From assembly GCA_051362555.1 (NCBI GenBank), contig CM120642.1, forward strand, positions 22,134,001-22,198,000: a DNA stretch of 64,000 nt. The letters are read 5' to 3'. The notes under the pieces were generated by a model. It searched no databases and was not told where the DNA came from. It saw nothing but the letters and a program-made list of their open reading frames with translations. The DNA is from Lingula anatina (Eukaryota; Animalia; Brachiopoda). Below are positions 50,923-64,000 of this stretch, piece by piece. Both the position numbers and the translations under genes were made by a program. Position 1 is the first letter of the stretch. Each line of letters opens with the position of its first letter.

Positions 50923-51027
50923 ATTTACACTGTTTCAAGTTATTGCGTTTATTTTGAAATGTTGACTTGTTCGTGATTATTATAGTTGTTCTTTTTTCTT
51001 TTTTTTTTTTTTATGGGAAAAGGAGGA

Positions 51028-51129
51028 TGTTAAGGGATACTCCCTCTTATTGATACTTGTTATATAATAAACGCTCCCAGGGCACTTCCGGTTCAGTTAT
51101 ATCCACGTGTTTGACTTATTTCATTAACA
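51028..51129 (+). repeat. 3' LTR
   Basis: Identical to the 5' LTR, preceded by the PPT and followed by the TSD GTGAT. Confidence 0.95.
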
Positions 51130-52341
51130 GTGATGACTGTGTACAGCTATGTTTGCACTTTTTTCCATTGTGTTCATTGTCATAACAGTGCACATTACTG
51201 TTATCACTGTTCATGTTAATATTTTTGATCACTGTGTATGTTTGTGTTCTTACTGTTTATGTCTGCACATAATTCTGATCACTGTGAAAGTTTATTTGTC
51301 CTTCTGTTTGTTTGTAATATATATCATTACTGTGCATGTTAATGTTGTCACTGTTTGTGTTTGTATTTATTGTGATCACTGTATGTGTTTGCGTATTTAC
51401 TGTTGATGTTTGTATTTATCGTGAACACTGTTTCCATTCTGTACTCTCATTATACGTGTTTGTATATATATTGTGATCACTTTTTCCTTGTCTTCTTTTT
51501 CATTACGATGCATGATACTGTTATAACAGTTGCTTTGTTACTTTATATGGTTGTGTTGTCACTGTACATGTCAACTTATTCTGATCACTGTGTATGTCTG
51601 TATTGTGACTGTGTTTGTTTCTATTTATTTTGATTACTGTGCATGTTTGTGTTGTCACTGTTTGTGATTGTATTTATTTTGAGCACTGTATATGTTTGTG
51701 TTGTTAATGTTTGTGTCTGCACACAATTCTGATCACTGTGAAAGTCTGTTTGTCCTTCTGTTTGTTTGTAATAAATATCATTACTGTGCATGTTAATGTT
51801 GTCACTGTTTGTGTTTGTATTTATCGTGATCACTGTATGTGTTTGCGTCATTACTATTGATGTTTGTATTTATTGTGAACACTATTTCCATTCTGTACTG
51901 TTCGTGTTTGTATATATATTGTGATCACTGTGTATGTCTCTGTTTTCACTCCATCACTGATCACTGTGTATTACTGTGTAATCATCCAATTAATTTGTGT
52001 TCATTCTGATTACTATACATGGTTGTGTTGTCACTGTACATGTCAAAATTTATTCTGATCACTGTGTATGTCTGTATTGTGACTGTGTTTGTTTGTATTT
52101 ATTTACGTTACTGCTCTTGTTTGTGTTGTCACTGTTTATGTTTGTATTTATTGTGAGCAATGTGTATGTCTGTTTTGTCAATGTATTTGTTTGTAATCAT
52201 TACTATTTCTCTGCATGATAGCACTGTCACTGTATGTCTATGTGTCTGTTTATATTCTTGTGTTCATTTTCATTACTGTGCAAGTGTGAGCAATGTTTAT
52301 GTCAGTTTTTTCTCTCTATGTTTTTATCATTATTATAACTG

Positions 52342-52413
<72 letters not shown>

Positions 52414-53689
52414 AAAATTTATTCTGATCACTGTGTTTGTCTGTATTGTGACTGTGTTTGTTTGTACTTATTTAAATCACTGTTCATGTTTGTGTCATTA
52501 CTGTTGGTGTTTCTATTTATTGTGAGCAATGTTTATGTCAGTTTTTTTCTCTATATATGTTTTTAATCATTATTATAATTGTTTATGTTTGTGTTGTTGC
52601 TGTAAGCTTAGTTTGTGTCTTTTTATATTCCAATTGCTGTTTCCATTCTCTTTTGTCATTGTATGTGTTTGTATATATATTGTGATCACTGTGTATGTCT
52701 GTGTTTTCACCCCATCACTGATCACTGTGTATGACTGTGCTATCACCTAATTTATTATAGTGTTCGTTCTAGTTACTGTGCATGGTTGTGTTGTCACTGT
52801 ACATGTCAAAATTTATTCTGATCACTGTGTATGTCTGTATTGTGACTGTGTTTGTTTATACTTATTTAAATCACTGTTCATGTTTATGCCATTACTGTTG
52901 GTGTTTGTATTTATTGTGAGCAATGTGCATGTCAAATTTTTGAATTGTGATTGTGTTTGTTTGTATTTATTTACAATACTGTTTATGTTTCTGTCATTAC
53001 TGTTGGTGTTTGTATTTATTGTTAGAAATGCATACTAGTATGTCAATTTTGTCACTCTCTTCGTTTGTAAACATTAATATATTTCACTGAATGATGGTCT
53101 TGTCAATGTATGACTATGTGTCTGTTTATATTCTGTTTGCTGTGTTTTTTCTGTATTATTACTGAATGTGTTTGTATATATTGTGATGACTGTGTATGGC
53201 TATGTTTTCACTCTTTTTCCTTGTGTTCATTTTCATTACGATGCATGTTACTGTTATAACAGTTACCTGGTTACTTTACATGGTTGTGTTGTCACTGTAC
53301 ATTTCAACTTATTCTGATCACTGTGTATGTCTGTATTGTGACTGTGTTTGTATTTATTTTGATTACTGTGCATGTTTGTGTTGTCACTGTTTTTGATTGT
53401 ATTTATTTTGAGCACTGTGTATGTCAGTTTTGTCTATTTATTTGTTTATAATCATTACTACTGTGCTGAATGATCATGCTGTTGATGTATGTCTATGTGT
53501 CTGTTTATATTCTGTTTGCTGTGTCTTTTCTGTATTGTTACTGAATATGTTTGAACATACTGTGATGACTGTGTATGGCTGTTTGCACTCTTTTTCCTTG
53601 TGTTCATTCTCATTACTGTGCACGTTACTGTTATCACTTTTACTGTTAATATTTATTTTGATCACTGTGTTTGTTTGCGTTGTTTCAGT
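51130..53689 (+). repeat. Satellite containing a (TA)n microsatellite at ~52342-52410
   Basis: Same monomer. The satellite motif gaatatatatacatgtc (cf. 25240) has expanded into a long TA run. Confidence 0.9.
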
Positions 53690-54216
53690 TTTATGTAGCC
53701 AAATGTTCACAAGCACAACGAAGCTCTGTTTTTGCTCCAAATTAAGTTAGATAAGTCCATATGACTGAACATTGTCATTTATTAATGACGAATACTAATA
53801 AGATACAAAGTTACAAAACTGGGGAGATAATAAAACATCCCCCAAATTATATAAGTGCTATAATATATAAATAATAAAGTATGTTAATGAGTGTAACCAG
53901 GATTAATTAAGAAAAATATGAGGAATTACAACAGCTATAGGAGCAAAAAGTTGGCGCAAATGAAAATAAAAGGCCATATGATGTGAGAGAAGCTCACATC
54001 CCCACCAACCGAGGAGTGCTTGTGAAAAAATTGGAATGATAAACAACATCTGACATTATATCTGAATCCTATGTGCTACTAAAAAAATGTGCAACTACAA
54101 ATCCATATCCCATGAAGAACTAGCTACAGCTGAATGAGGGATAGGAAGAGAAACTGGCAACCATGAATTAAATTAAGGGAGCCAAAGAAGGCATTAAAAT
54201 AGTGATCCCACCCTGT

Positions 54217-54250
<34 letters not shown>

Positions 54251-57200
54251 AAAACATGAAACACACATAATGATAAAAACAAGGCCGCCTTTATATATAT
54301 ATCCTGCAAAAGCAAGGGCTTTGGATAATTCTGAAGAAACATATAAGAATAAGTGACCGGTGTTCCATCAATAAACTGAAATAAAGTACCTAACGCATGC
54401 GCAAAGGTTCGTCGGTAATCGAACATGGCTTGAACTTGGCAGATGTACCTGTCGGACTCAAGCAGCTGAGATTACCAAAATTTCAAAGCAAGAACTATAG
54501 GAAACGGTTCTTTAACTGTGATATGCCAAAGTGCAGCTACCGCATCCCATTATAAAGAACCAGTGACAGCCAAAGACCGCCGCATAAGCTGTTGACCCCA
54601 AGGCATCTGTAAACAAGTGTAAGGTATCTGACGATTGCCATGATGACGGCAGCAGGACTGACTTTCCATTAAAGTGATGTAAAAAATGAAGCCACATGCC
54701 TAGGTCCGCTCTTGCTTCACTATTGAGTCGAATATAATGACGCGGGCGCCTAGCACCAACAGGTAAATCAATTAAGCGGCGTAAGAAAGCTCTGCCCGGT
54801 ACTACGCCTAAGCATGCAAAGTTTAAAAAACCAATAAGAGATTGTAACTCTTTCAATTGTACCTATTTTTCCTTGAGAAAGCTGGGAAACTAAAACATAA
54901 CACTTTTCCAATTTGTCCTGTGGCAAACGACCTACTAGCGAATCTATTTCAACGCCGCAAATAGTTAAACAAGTGGTCGGAGTAAAGTTTTTTTTTTTAA
55001 TGGGAACCTCAATCCGCTTGCACAACGCATGAAAATTTTGTAAATAACTTGACAGTTATTGGAATTGGGGGGTCCAATGAAACAAAAATCATCCAGTATA
55101 TAGGATATGGCCGAGGCATGAAATTTCTTAACATCCATTGTAGAGCTGTACTCAGTGATTAAATATTTGGCACGGACAACTTGCACCCATTGGCAGAATT
55201 GTTTCAAAATAAAATAATTCATTCCGAGAGAAACAAAGAAGATGATAATCCAAAAGGCTAAGAGATGAAATGCGGAAAACATCTAGAATGTCAGACTTAG
55301 CTAAAAGAGCACCAGGGCCGAAATGTTGGACATGGGCGATAATCGTATAATTACATGTAAGTCGTACAGAAAATACTCTGGGTATATTAGAATTAACCGA
55401 GTCCAGGTGGGGAAAGGTAGTGAATAACACGGAATTTGTAAGGTTCAGATTTAGGAATAATGTGTAATGGTGAACATTTAAAATCTGGAAGGGGGAGATA
55501 AAATTGGGCCAGCAATCCGCCCAGATGATAAACCTGATTAATATAATCCAAAATCGTTTCAGGATGACTACGTGTTGATAACTGATTATGAGGTGCGGGA
55601 ATGCTAGGAGTGGTGGTGCAATGAAGGCGGGAACCCTTGGAAATATATTGATGAGAAAAATCACCTTATGAGGATCCATCTGTAACAGGGAATGGGTAAT
55701 TGGAGTTGGGAGACAATTTTGTAGGCGGGGTCTGTACCTGGGCGTGGGATGTGCGGCAATCGATTTTAGGATGAGATCCATAGCAGTACTGGCAACAGTG
55801 CTTGAATTGGCATAGACTAAAGGTGCATTATTCCCTTTTATTAAAAGCAAAAAAGATGCCTCGACGAAAGGGACGTAGAAAAGGGGAGAAATATTCATGG
55901 TTGCCACTTTTAACTGTAACTCAGGGATAACTTATCGCACGGGACCAGTGGTGTTGCTCGTAAGTTGCAAAAAGCGTCATCATAAAGACGCCAGTCATTA
56001 GCATTAGGTAGCTACTTAATGTTCTAATAGTTAAGCCGTACCTCATCGGCTGGACCCGTGTGTTTACAGTGTCGAACAGACTGCTGATACTGGGTACAGG
56101 GTATCTGCTGCTGAACGTTAGTCTCTTGCAGGGAGGAGTCGTGAGAAGGAGAAGCGCTCGGCATTTCTGTGCCTCTGAGCAGTTTTGATGAGCTATTGCT
56201 CATACGCTGTGCCAACAAAATGCAGTCGATAACAAGTGAAGTAGAGGTTGATTCCGTCTCAGAAGAAGTGTGTGGCGGTGTGACTCGGCTTTTTTCCACC
56301 AGGAGCAGTGGATGCAATCGTCATTTGCTGGATATATAATGAGCGCGCATTGGAGACAACAGACGTCCTGGACCGCCTACGGTACTCCTCCCGGGAGGGG
56401 TCTTGAGAGGCATGGTAACATAAGACAAAGGAAACTAAGAAGACCGCGCAAAGGCAGCTGCATTTATATAAAAGGCAATTCAGTAATAAAATTTCCCAGG
56501 CCAGGTAATTCAAGTAAGTAAACGGAATAAGTAATATGAATAAAATATACACTTGTACAGAGAACATATATACCCGGCATAAACCCAACGAATAGCCTGG
56601 GTAGATATGACACAAGCCATATTAATATAAAAAGTGCAAAAAACATCTCCTATCCGCTGCCATAGAAAATCCATGCAGGCAACAGCCTCAGCTTAGCCGT
56701 GCACGTAAAAACAGGGATATCTGGTAAAACCGACTAGGCAAACGAACATACAGCTGGGTGACTCCCCAGAATAGGAGCATAACAGCTCCCACAAAATATT
56801 AACCTAGTATACCAAATACCACCTCAGGGTTCTCACTACTAGGCAAACGTTAAATACCTGGTAAATACACCCAGAGCCTAGTATACCAGATACCACCACA
56901 GGGTTCTCACTACTAGGCAAACAGTTAAAACCTGGGAAGTACACCCGGAACTTAGTATACCAGATACCACCACAGGGTTCTCACTACTAGGCAAACAGTT
57001 AAACACCTGGGAAATACCCACAGAACCTAGCATACCAGATACCACAACAGGGTTCTCACTACTAGGCAAAGAGTTAAAAACCTGGGAAGTACACCCAGAA
57101 CAAAAAGCATAACAAATCCCAAAATACATATTACCTAGTCGACCAGAAACCCCTAATAATACTTCACCCATTAAAATATGGCACCTGGTAAAGACAGAAA

Positions 57201-57825
57201 TATGTGGATTACGGCATGTCAACTACAGCCGAGAAAAAAATATAAAAACAGCTGAATTCCTGGCCTGGTAAGATTCAGATGAATATAATACGATGCAGTG
57301 ACATCTAAACAAAATAGTTAACAACTGCAGCACACGACAAATTATAAATCTGATGATTAGAACACATGAATAAGGAAACAATTGAAGATAATATAAAATT
57401 ACTAGCCTGTGTGTGATCCCAGAACTTGAAGTCACTCAAATAAAAGGAAACAGCCGTCGCCGAAACTTGATAACAAAACTGGTGGCTGGGAAACAGAATA
57501 TTATCCGAAGAAAATACAGTCACCAAGTATCAAGAAAACAGGCCGTCCCCACATCTTGAAACCACAAATATGTGATGGCTGGTAACCAATGTACAAATAA
57601 CAACATCTTTCATAAAATATAAATGTGTGTGCCTAGATACACAGCAGCTAAGACATTCCTTAACCCTGGACATCTGTTATCACCTTGCCTTGGTCAACTA
57701 CTTAAGGTCAAAATGAGCAGATACAAGACCAAAACTAAAACGTTGATGTATTACCAAAAAGTTAATACCACCACGAAAACAAACCATTTGCTACATAAAT
57801 ACAATTAATTATCTTAATTGTAGTT
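53690..57825 (-). mobile_element. Decayed Ngaro-type YR retrotransposon (Gag, RT, RNase H fragments)
   Basis: Minus-strand fragments include Gag NDWRLYDDAF (~55960-56000), a Cys/His finger CTFSLCQFKHCCQYCYGSHPKIDC (~55755-55825), RT HFGPGALLAKSDI and YILDDF, ELQSLIGFLNFAC...GRAFLRRLIDL, and RNase H LFTDA. There are many frameshifts. The left junction is tttatgt; the right boundary is approximate. Confidence 0.8.
56803..57100. repeat. ~75-bp tandem repeat (4 copies) upstream of the Ngaro gag
   Basis: The unit cctagtataccagataccaccacagggttctcactactaggcaaa...cctgggaagtacaccc repeats four times. Confidence 0.9.
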
Positions 57826-58750
57826 TTTGATCACAATCTTAGTCTGTTTGTCCTTCTATTTGTTTGTAATCATTATCAATGCTGTGTTTGTTTTTTCACT
57901 GTGTTTCTATTTATTGCGATCACTGTATATGTTTGTGTCGTTATTGCTGGTCTTTATATTTATTGTGAGCACTGTGTTTGTCATTTCTGTCACTGTATTT
58001 GTTTGTATTCATTTTGATTACTGTGCATGTTAGTGCTGTCACTGTTTGTTTTTGTATTTATTGTGAGCAATGTGTATGTCAGTTTTGTCACTCTATTTGT
58101 TTATCATTATATCTATAGCACTGAATGATGGTGCTGTCAATGCATGTCTATGTGTCTATTTATATTCTGTTTTCTGTGTCTATTCTGTATTGTTACTGAA
58201 TGTGTACGGCTATGTTTGCACTCTTTTTCCTTGTGTTCATTGTCATTACGGTGCACATTACTGTTGTCACTGTACAGTACATGTTAATATTTATTTTGAT
58301 CACTGTGTACAATTGTGTTGTTACTGTTTGTGTATGCATATTATTCTGTAAGTCTGTTTGTCCTTCTAGCTGTTTATAATCATTATAAAGTGTTTTCACT
58401 TTTTTTCCTTGTGTTCATTTTCATTACAATGCATGTTACTGTTATAACTGTACATGTTAATATTTATTTTGACCACTGTTCATGTTTTTGTCATTACTGT
58501 TGGTGTTTGTATTTATTATGAGCAATGTGTATGGCAGTTTAGTCACTCTATTTGTTTGTAAACTTTACTATTTGCTAAGTGATCGTGCTGTCAATGTATG
58601 TCTATGTGTCTGTTTATATTCTGTTTGCTGTGTTTTTTCTGTATTATTACTGAATGTGTTTGTATATATTGTGATGACTGTGTAAGGCTATGTTTTTACT
58701 TTTTTTTTCCTTGTGTTCATTCTCATTACTGTGCACGTTACTGTTATCAC
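57826..58750 (+). repeat. Satellite (more diverged)
   Basis: Same monomer motifs. Confidence 0.88.
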
Positions 58751-61011
58751 TAAATAAGTACACTGTACTTTTTGTCGTTAAGCATTTATTGGTCCAACTT
58801 GACAATGATCGCTATCTGAAACAAAAGAGTAAATTACATAAGTCTACATAAATAGTAATCCTATATCTCCGCCTAAGTCTTTATGTTCACTGATATCCAA
58901 AGTCAGCAGAAGGACTGAAATGTTTCAATGATCCATGAGAGGTCACTAGTGTGAGAAAACAAGTAAACTACAAAGTAATAGGAGTAATAGTTAAACTGAA
59001 TATGCAAACGATAACTGGATCAGCAAACATTGGTGTGCCTTCACAGGAATTCAAATGTTTATGACAGTTCATAGTCTTTTTGCCAAGCTGGGGGTCAAGT
59101 GGCAAAAGTGGAGCATCTAAGTTGATCCACGGTAAGAGGCTGGGACATTCCAGATTGACTATCCACTGTCCTGGGGCGTGGAGTGGTGCAAACACGTGTG
59201 CTAACACTGACTGACCTAGGTGGAGTTGCATTCCCCAAAGGTAGAAGGCGGCTCTTTGGGATGATGGCCCATTTGGATGGCTTATCTGTGGCAGGTAAAT
59301 GTGTGTTGAACAGTTGAGGTATGGGTGGTGCAGTCAGTGATGGCGGGGTTTCACACTGCGTTTGTGTGTCATGAGGGTGTGGAGTAGCCTTGGCCTTAGA
59401 TGTTGCAGGTAGGCCAGGGATTTCTTTCCTGCATTCCTCCTGATCAGTGGCAACTTTGGTAGGTGGTGTTGGAGGTGAGCCAGGGATTTCCTTCCTTGTC
59501 TCCTGATAAGCTGCAAGTTTGCACTAGTGGGCTGGATTTGGTCTTTGGTCGTGTCCAGGTCACCATTAGGGCTGTTATTGTCTGTGATGAGGCGTTTAAC
59601 TGTCTTAACCCCAACTCCAGCACGGCAGTTACTATGGGGAAAGGCTACTGATGACATACGATGATGTACACCCCAATCAGAAAGGAACTTCTTGATGGCA
59701 GTTGATGTGAACTCTGGTCCCCTATCTGAGGATAGCTCATCGGCTATGCCAAAGGTGACACAAACAACCATGCGGTGGCACCAGGTGACTGGCTTGCCAA
59801 TTGGGACTGGTTCGATGACCCCTAGTCTGACATCTTAGCCGAGCCCTGCTTTCACTTCTTCCTGCCAGTGAAGTAGGACTGGTATTGGAGTGTGATAGGC
59901 TACCGTACTGGTGCAGCAGAAGGGTCTACCATCAATTTCATTGGCGGGCTGTCCATAAGGGTGATGATCACATGTGTTAAATGTACTGGACCTGTAATAA
60001 TCCAGAAGGTATTCCTTCAGTCGTCCACGATTCTGTTCCATCACAGGGAAGGGCAGCTTGCCTCATGGCAGGAAGTAGTCTTCTGGCGGCTCGCCTTGGG
60101 TTTATCCTTGCTACGGCACACTACTTCAAGGTGGTGGTATTGCATGCAGGTCTGGCATTTGTGCCCAAAGGCGGGGCAATCTCTCTTGCAAATGCATAAA
60201 GGGGCAGCCTTGCCATGGCCAGTTTTTCCTCAGTAGCCACAGGGGTCCTGGGGTGGTTTTTCGGCCTCAACTGCTTAGGATTCTTGTAAGTGTGATGCGG
60301 AGCGCTTTCCTGCTTCTTTTGCTTCCACAAATTGGAGGACTTCCTCCAATTTCATGTCCTGGTTCTTATCCCCTAGAAGGTCTGTTTAGATCTCAAAGTC
60401 TGGAAGCCCACGGGTTAGAACATTACGGGTCATCTCCTCCATGTAGCTCACAGCAGTGTTGCAGCTGGGGCATGAGACAGAAAATTTGCATACTCCTGCC
60501 TGGCCTTTTAGACGGGCTCCATAATTGTGGACAGGTTCATCTCTGCCTTGACGCATGTTCTGTAGTGTCACTCTAGCCACCACTGTGTTCTCTGTGTGTA
60601 CCGCTAATGCTTTGATTGCTGCCATCACCTCATCAATGGATTTGTTTGCAAGGCTCCCACCTGCTGTAATGGTTAGGTTTTTTCGCAAGGGGTCATCACA
60701 GCATTTCAGCAATTGGATAACCCTGTCTTTGCCAGCTATCTTCATTGCATCGGCATACTCTGTCCATCTGGACTGAAAGTATGACCACTCTTCGCTGGTA
60801 CCACAGGCTGATATTGCAGGCTGCTTAACTTTCTCCACTTTGGCTGCAGTTACGGGGGCGTTGGTATGAACAGAGATGTGTGTGGTGAGTAGGGCTGCTA
60901 CGATAGTGGCATCAAGGTCATCTATGGTGTAGTCACAGCCTTCTAGTGGACTGCCGCAATGTTGTCAGGTATGGGATAGCGAACATAAATAAGTACACTG
61001 TACTATTTGTC
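58751..61011 (-). mobile_element. Decayed, internally deleted Ty3/Gypsy element
   Basis: Gag EKVKQPAISACGTSEEWSYFQSRW (60386-60838); pre-RT HTPIPVLLHWQEEVKAGL; the RT start WCHRMVVC is fused directly to integrase FGIADELSSDRGPEF...PHSNCRA. A PPT-like gacttaggcggaga lies at ~58866-58880, and the LTR end taaataagtacactgtact is duplicated at 58751 and 60986. Confidence 0.8.
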
Positions 61012-63805
61012 TGTAAATGGAACTATCTACATGCAAGTGCAGTAGCACTAGCCCCATCACTCATGCCTAAGCATCCCGCGTATTGATATCGGTCATTAAA
61101 GTAGTTCAGTAACACATGGTCGTCTGCTTGTTTCTTCATAATCATACATGGTGTCAGAACCGGGATTATAAACCTATTTGTAGGATATTCCAAATAAATG
61201 AGGGACAAAGGAAGATGGCAGAAGGTCTAAGAAAGCCAGTACCGCTGTCATTTGAAGGGAACCTTGAGCAAAATTGGAGAACTTTCATCCGAGAGTATGA
61301 CATTTACATCCGTGCATGCTACAGCGAGAAAACAAGTAAGAGGAAAGCTTACGTGCTCCTAAATTTGGCTGGCAGTGAAGCTATCGCTAAGTATGAGTCT
61401 TTCACATTTAATGAAAAAGAGGACAAGGAAGATCCGGAAGTATCGAAAGCTACAGGTAAATTCAATGAGATATGCAACCCTAGGACAAATGTTATACTGG
61501 AAAGATACAAATTCAATATGAGGATCCAACATGAAGGTGAGAGGTTTCAAACTTTTCTAGCGGACTTGAGACAAAAAGTCAAACACTGTGACTATGACCA
61601 GTTAGAAGATGACATGTTAAGAGATAGAATTGTTATCGGCGTCAGAAATGAAAACACAAGAAAGGCACTACTAAGAGAAAACAATCTAACTTTAACCAAA
61701 GCCATTCACACGTGCCAGATACATGAATGCTGAGAGGCAGACGCCATACAAATACAACCTCAAGTAACTGTCCATTCCATTAGAAAGGCAAAACCGCAAA
61801 AGACGTACCATAAGCAGCTAGAAACGGGGCTGTAGCAATAGTCCGAAGGTTCAATAGTCCGAAGGTTCATTGGTCCGAATGTTCACTACAGAACCTTCGG
61901 ACCAATGAACCCTTGATTAAAAAACCAATGAAAATGTTACCGTTTTTCGGACCAATGAACCTTCGGACTATCGAGACGCCCCCCTAGAAACAACCAAATG
62001 CAGTAAGTGTTACACTAGTCATGCTAAGGGAAAATGTCCAGCATACGGTAAAACGTGCCGTAGATGCGGGAAACCGAACCATTTTCAAGTTGTCTGCAGA
62101 GCTAGTCAACCAAAGAAAAGTAAGCAACCAACCCAGCAAAGAATCAGAGAAGTCAACACAAACTACGCTGCGAAGAATCATTCGTTATTAACACAGTAAG
62201 GGATTCGCACACCCCATTGAAAGACATACATGTAAAGTTACAGGTGCATAATGCTGACATGGAAGTAAAAGTGGACACTGGAGCCAGGTGCAACGTTATG
62301 AGTTTAGAAAATATCAACACCAGTGACAAGAGCAGATTAATTGGCTTCACGGGATATGCTGTGACCCCTCTAGGAAGCGCAATTTTACCCTGTGTTTACA
62401 ATGGAGAAACACATCACATTAAATTCAATGTGATTGATGCCAACGTTCAAACGCTGTTGGGACCGAAAGACAGCATGGAGTGAAGTTATTACAGTTCGCT
62501 CAGACTGTATACAGTGTGGACATGACACCAGACATGTTCGCAGAGTACCCTGAGATATTTGATGACAGTTTGGGCAAGTTACCTGTGAAGTATAAAATAA
62601 CAGTTGACCCCCAAGTGCCTCCTGTAGTCAGACCAGTGAGAAATTTACCAGTAGCTGTCAAAGATGAGGTACGACAAGAAATGAAGAAATGAAGAATGGC
62701 AAGCCAAGGCATCATAGCTAAGGTCACAAAACTGACTGACTGGGTGTCTGTGATGGTGGTAACAAATGAAGAAAACCACAGGAGACATAGGAATATGCAT
62801 CGATCCAGGTGATCTTAACAAGGCAATAAAGCGTCCAAGGTACCCAATGAGAACAGTAGAAGAAGTCATAACAGACATGCCCAACGCACAATACTTCACT
62901 GTGTTAGATGCGAAGCAAGCATTCTACTGTATACCCCTGGAGGAAGAATCCTCATACTTAACGACGTTTGGGACATCATTCGGTCGCTATAGATACCTCA
63001 GACTTACAATGGGAATCAGCTCAGCTTCAGAGGTGTATCAGCAAGCCATAGAAAATCTCATGACAGGTCTACCATGCAAGATAATAATGGATGACATTTT
63101 GGTATGCAGTGCCACAGAAGAGGAGCACGATGATAACTTAAAGCTAGTGCTTCAGAAGTTGAAAGAAATCAACATAAAGCTGAATAAATCCAAGTGCAAG
63201 TACAAGATGAGAAGAGTCAACTACGTAGGGCACACATTCACAGCAGATGGTCTTAAACCTGATCCAGAGAAAGTGAGAGCAATCAAAGAAATGCCTAAAC
63301 CTAATGATAAGTCGGACTTGTTACATTTTCTTGGCATGATCAAATATTTGTCAAAGTTCATGCCACAGCTCAGTGAGAAGTGCGCTCCGCTGAATGATAG
63401 GATAATTCATTTGTCTGGGAGAATACCAACAATACGGCATTTGAAACAATCAAGCAGATCAGCGAAGATACATGCCTAGCATGCTACAACGTATCCAAAG
63501 AGGTCACGTTGACTTGTGATGCTTCACAAGAAGGCATTGGAGCTGCATGTCTACAAAATGGGAAACCAGTGGCATATGCATCCAGGGCGATGACAGATAC
63601 AGAAAAGCGTTACGCGCAGATAGAAAAAGAATTACTAGCAGTCGTCTTTGCATGCGCAAAGTTTAGAGGCTACATATATGTGAAAGAAATCACGATCGAG
63701 ACTGATCACCAGCCACTTATCTCAATATGGAAGAAACCATTAGCAACTGCACCAGCAAGATTGCAGCGTATGTTATTACAGTTGCAACCATACAGAATTA
63801 ACTTA
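61012..63805 (+). mobile_element. Decayed, 3'-truncated Mag-clade Gypsy element nested in the LTR of the preceding element
   Basis: LTR TGTAAA...CATACA at 61012-61148 and PBS TGGTGTCAGAA. Coding remnants are Gag MAEGLRKPVPLSFEGNLEQNW, protease VDTGA, RT IMDD and RNase H TCDAS/EKELLAV/TDHQPL, with stops and frameshifts. It joins satellite at ~63805 without integrase or a 3' LTR. Confidence 0.9.
61826..61983. mobile_element. 158-bp foldback MITE with 8-bp TSD
   Basis: Termini GGGGC...GCCCCC, inverted internal gtccgaaggttca / tgaaccttcggac repeats, and TSD ctagaaac at 61818 and 61984. Confidence 0.85.
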
Positions 63806-64000
63806 ATGTTTGTTTGTAATCACTATCATTGCTGTGCATGTTTATTTGGCACTGTTTGTGTTTCTATTTATTGTGATCACTGTATATGTTTGTGTTGTTA
63901 CTGTTGGTGTTTGTATTTATTGTGAGCACTGTGTATGTCATTTCTGTCACTCTATTTGTTTATCATTATAACTATAGCGCTGAATGATGGTGTTGTCAAT
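63806..64000 (+). repeat. Satellite
   Basis: Same monomer motifs. Confidence 0.88.

Larger units (their letters stand above)
46285..51129 (+). mobile_element. Intact Ty3/Gypsy (Mag-clade) LTR retrotransposon
   Basis: Identical 102-bp LTRs TGTTAA...TTAACA at 46285-46386 and 51028-51129, a 5-bp TSD GTGAT, PBS TGGTGTCAGAA, PPT gggaaaaggagga and a single uninterrupted ORF. Confidence 0.97.

Overview
Eukaryotic heterochromatin-like DNA with no host gene visible; the repeat families suggest a marine invertebrate, probably a mollusc (inference). The backbone is a strand-asymmetric TG-rich complex satellite built from diverged ~50-bp monomers. It has kb-scale higher-order duplications (offsets 4644-4646, 3422, 1851 and 5328 bp) and one ~1-kb inversion, and it is TE-free for the first ~18.8 kb. 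Insertions to the right are: (1) an internally deleted Ngaro/DIRS-type tyrosine-recombinase (YR) retroelement with split direct repeats and an unusual hairpin array whose linker mimics its own satellite target site (18810-21904); (2) a related terminal fragment; (3) an ~11.9-kb IS3EU-type DNA transposon carrying a spliced DDE transposase and a convergent SAM/Ubl-like/HECT E3-ligase pseudogene, with a nested Helentron-type HINE; (4) a truncated CCCAG-ended EnSpm/CMC-like element; (5) an intact, young Mag-clade Ty3/Gypsy element with identical 102-bp LTRs; (6) a decayed second Ngaro element; (7) nested decayed Gypsy elements with a MITE. Most ORFs in the supplied track are satellite artefacts.
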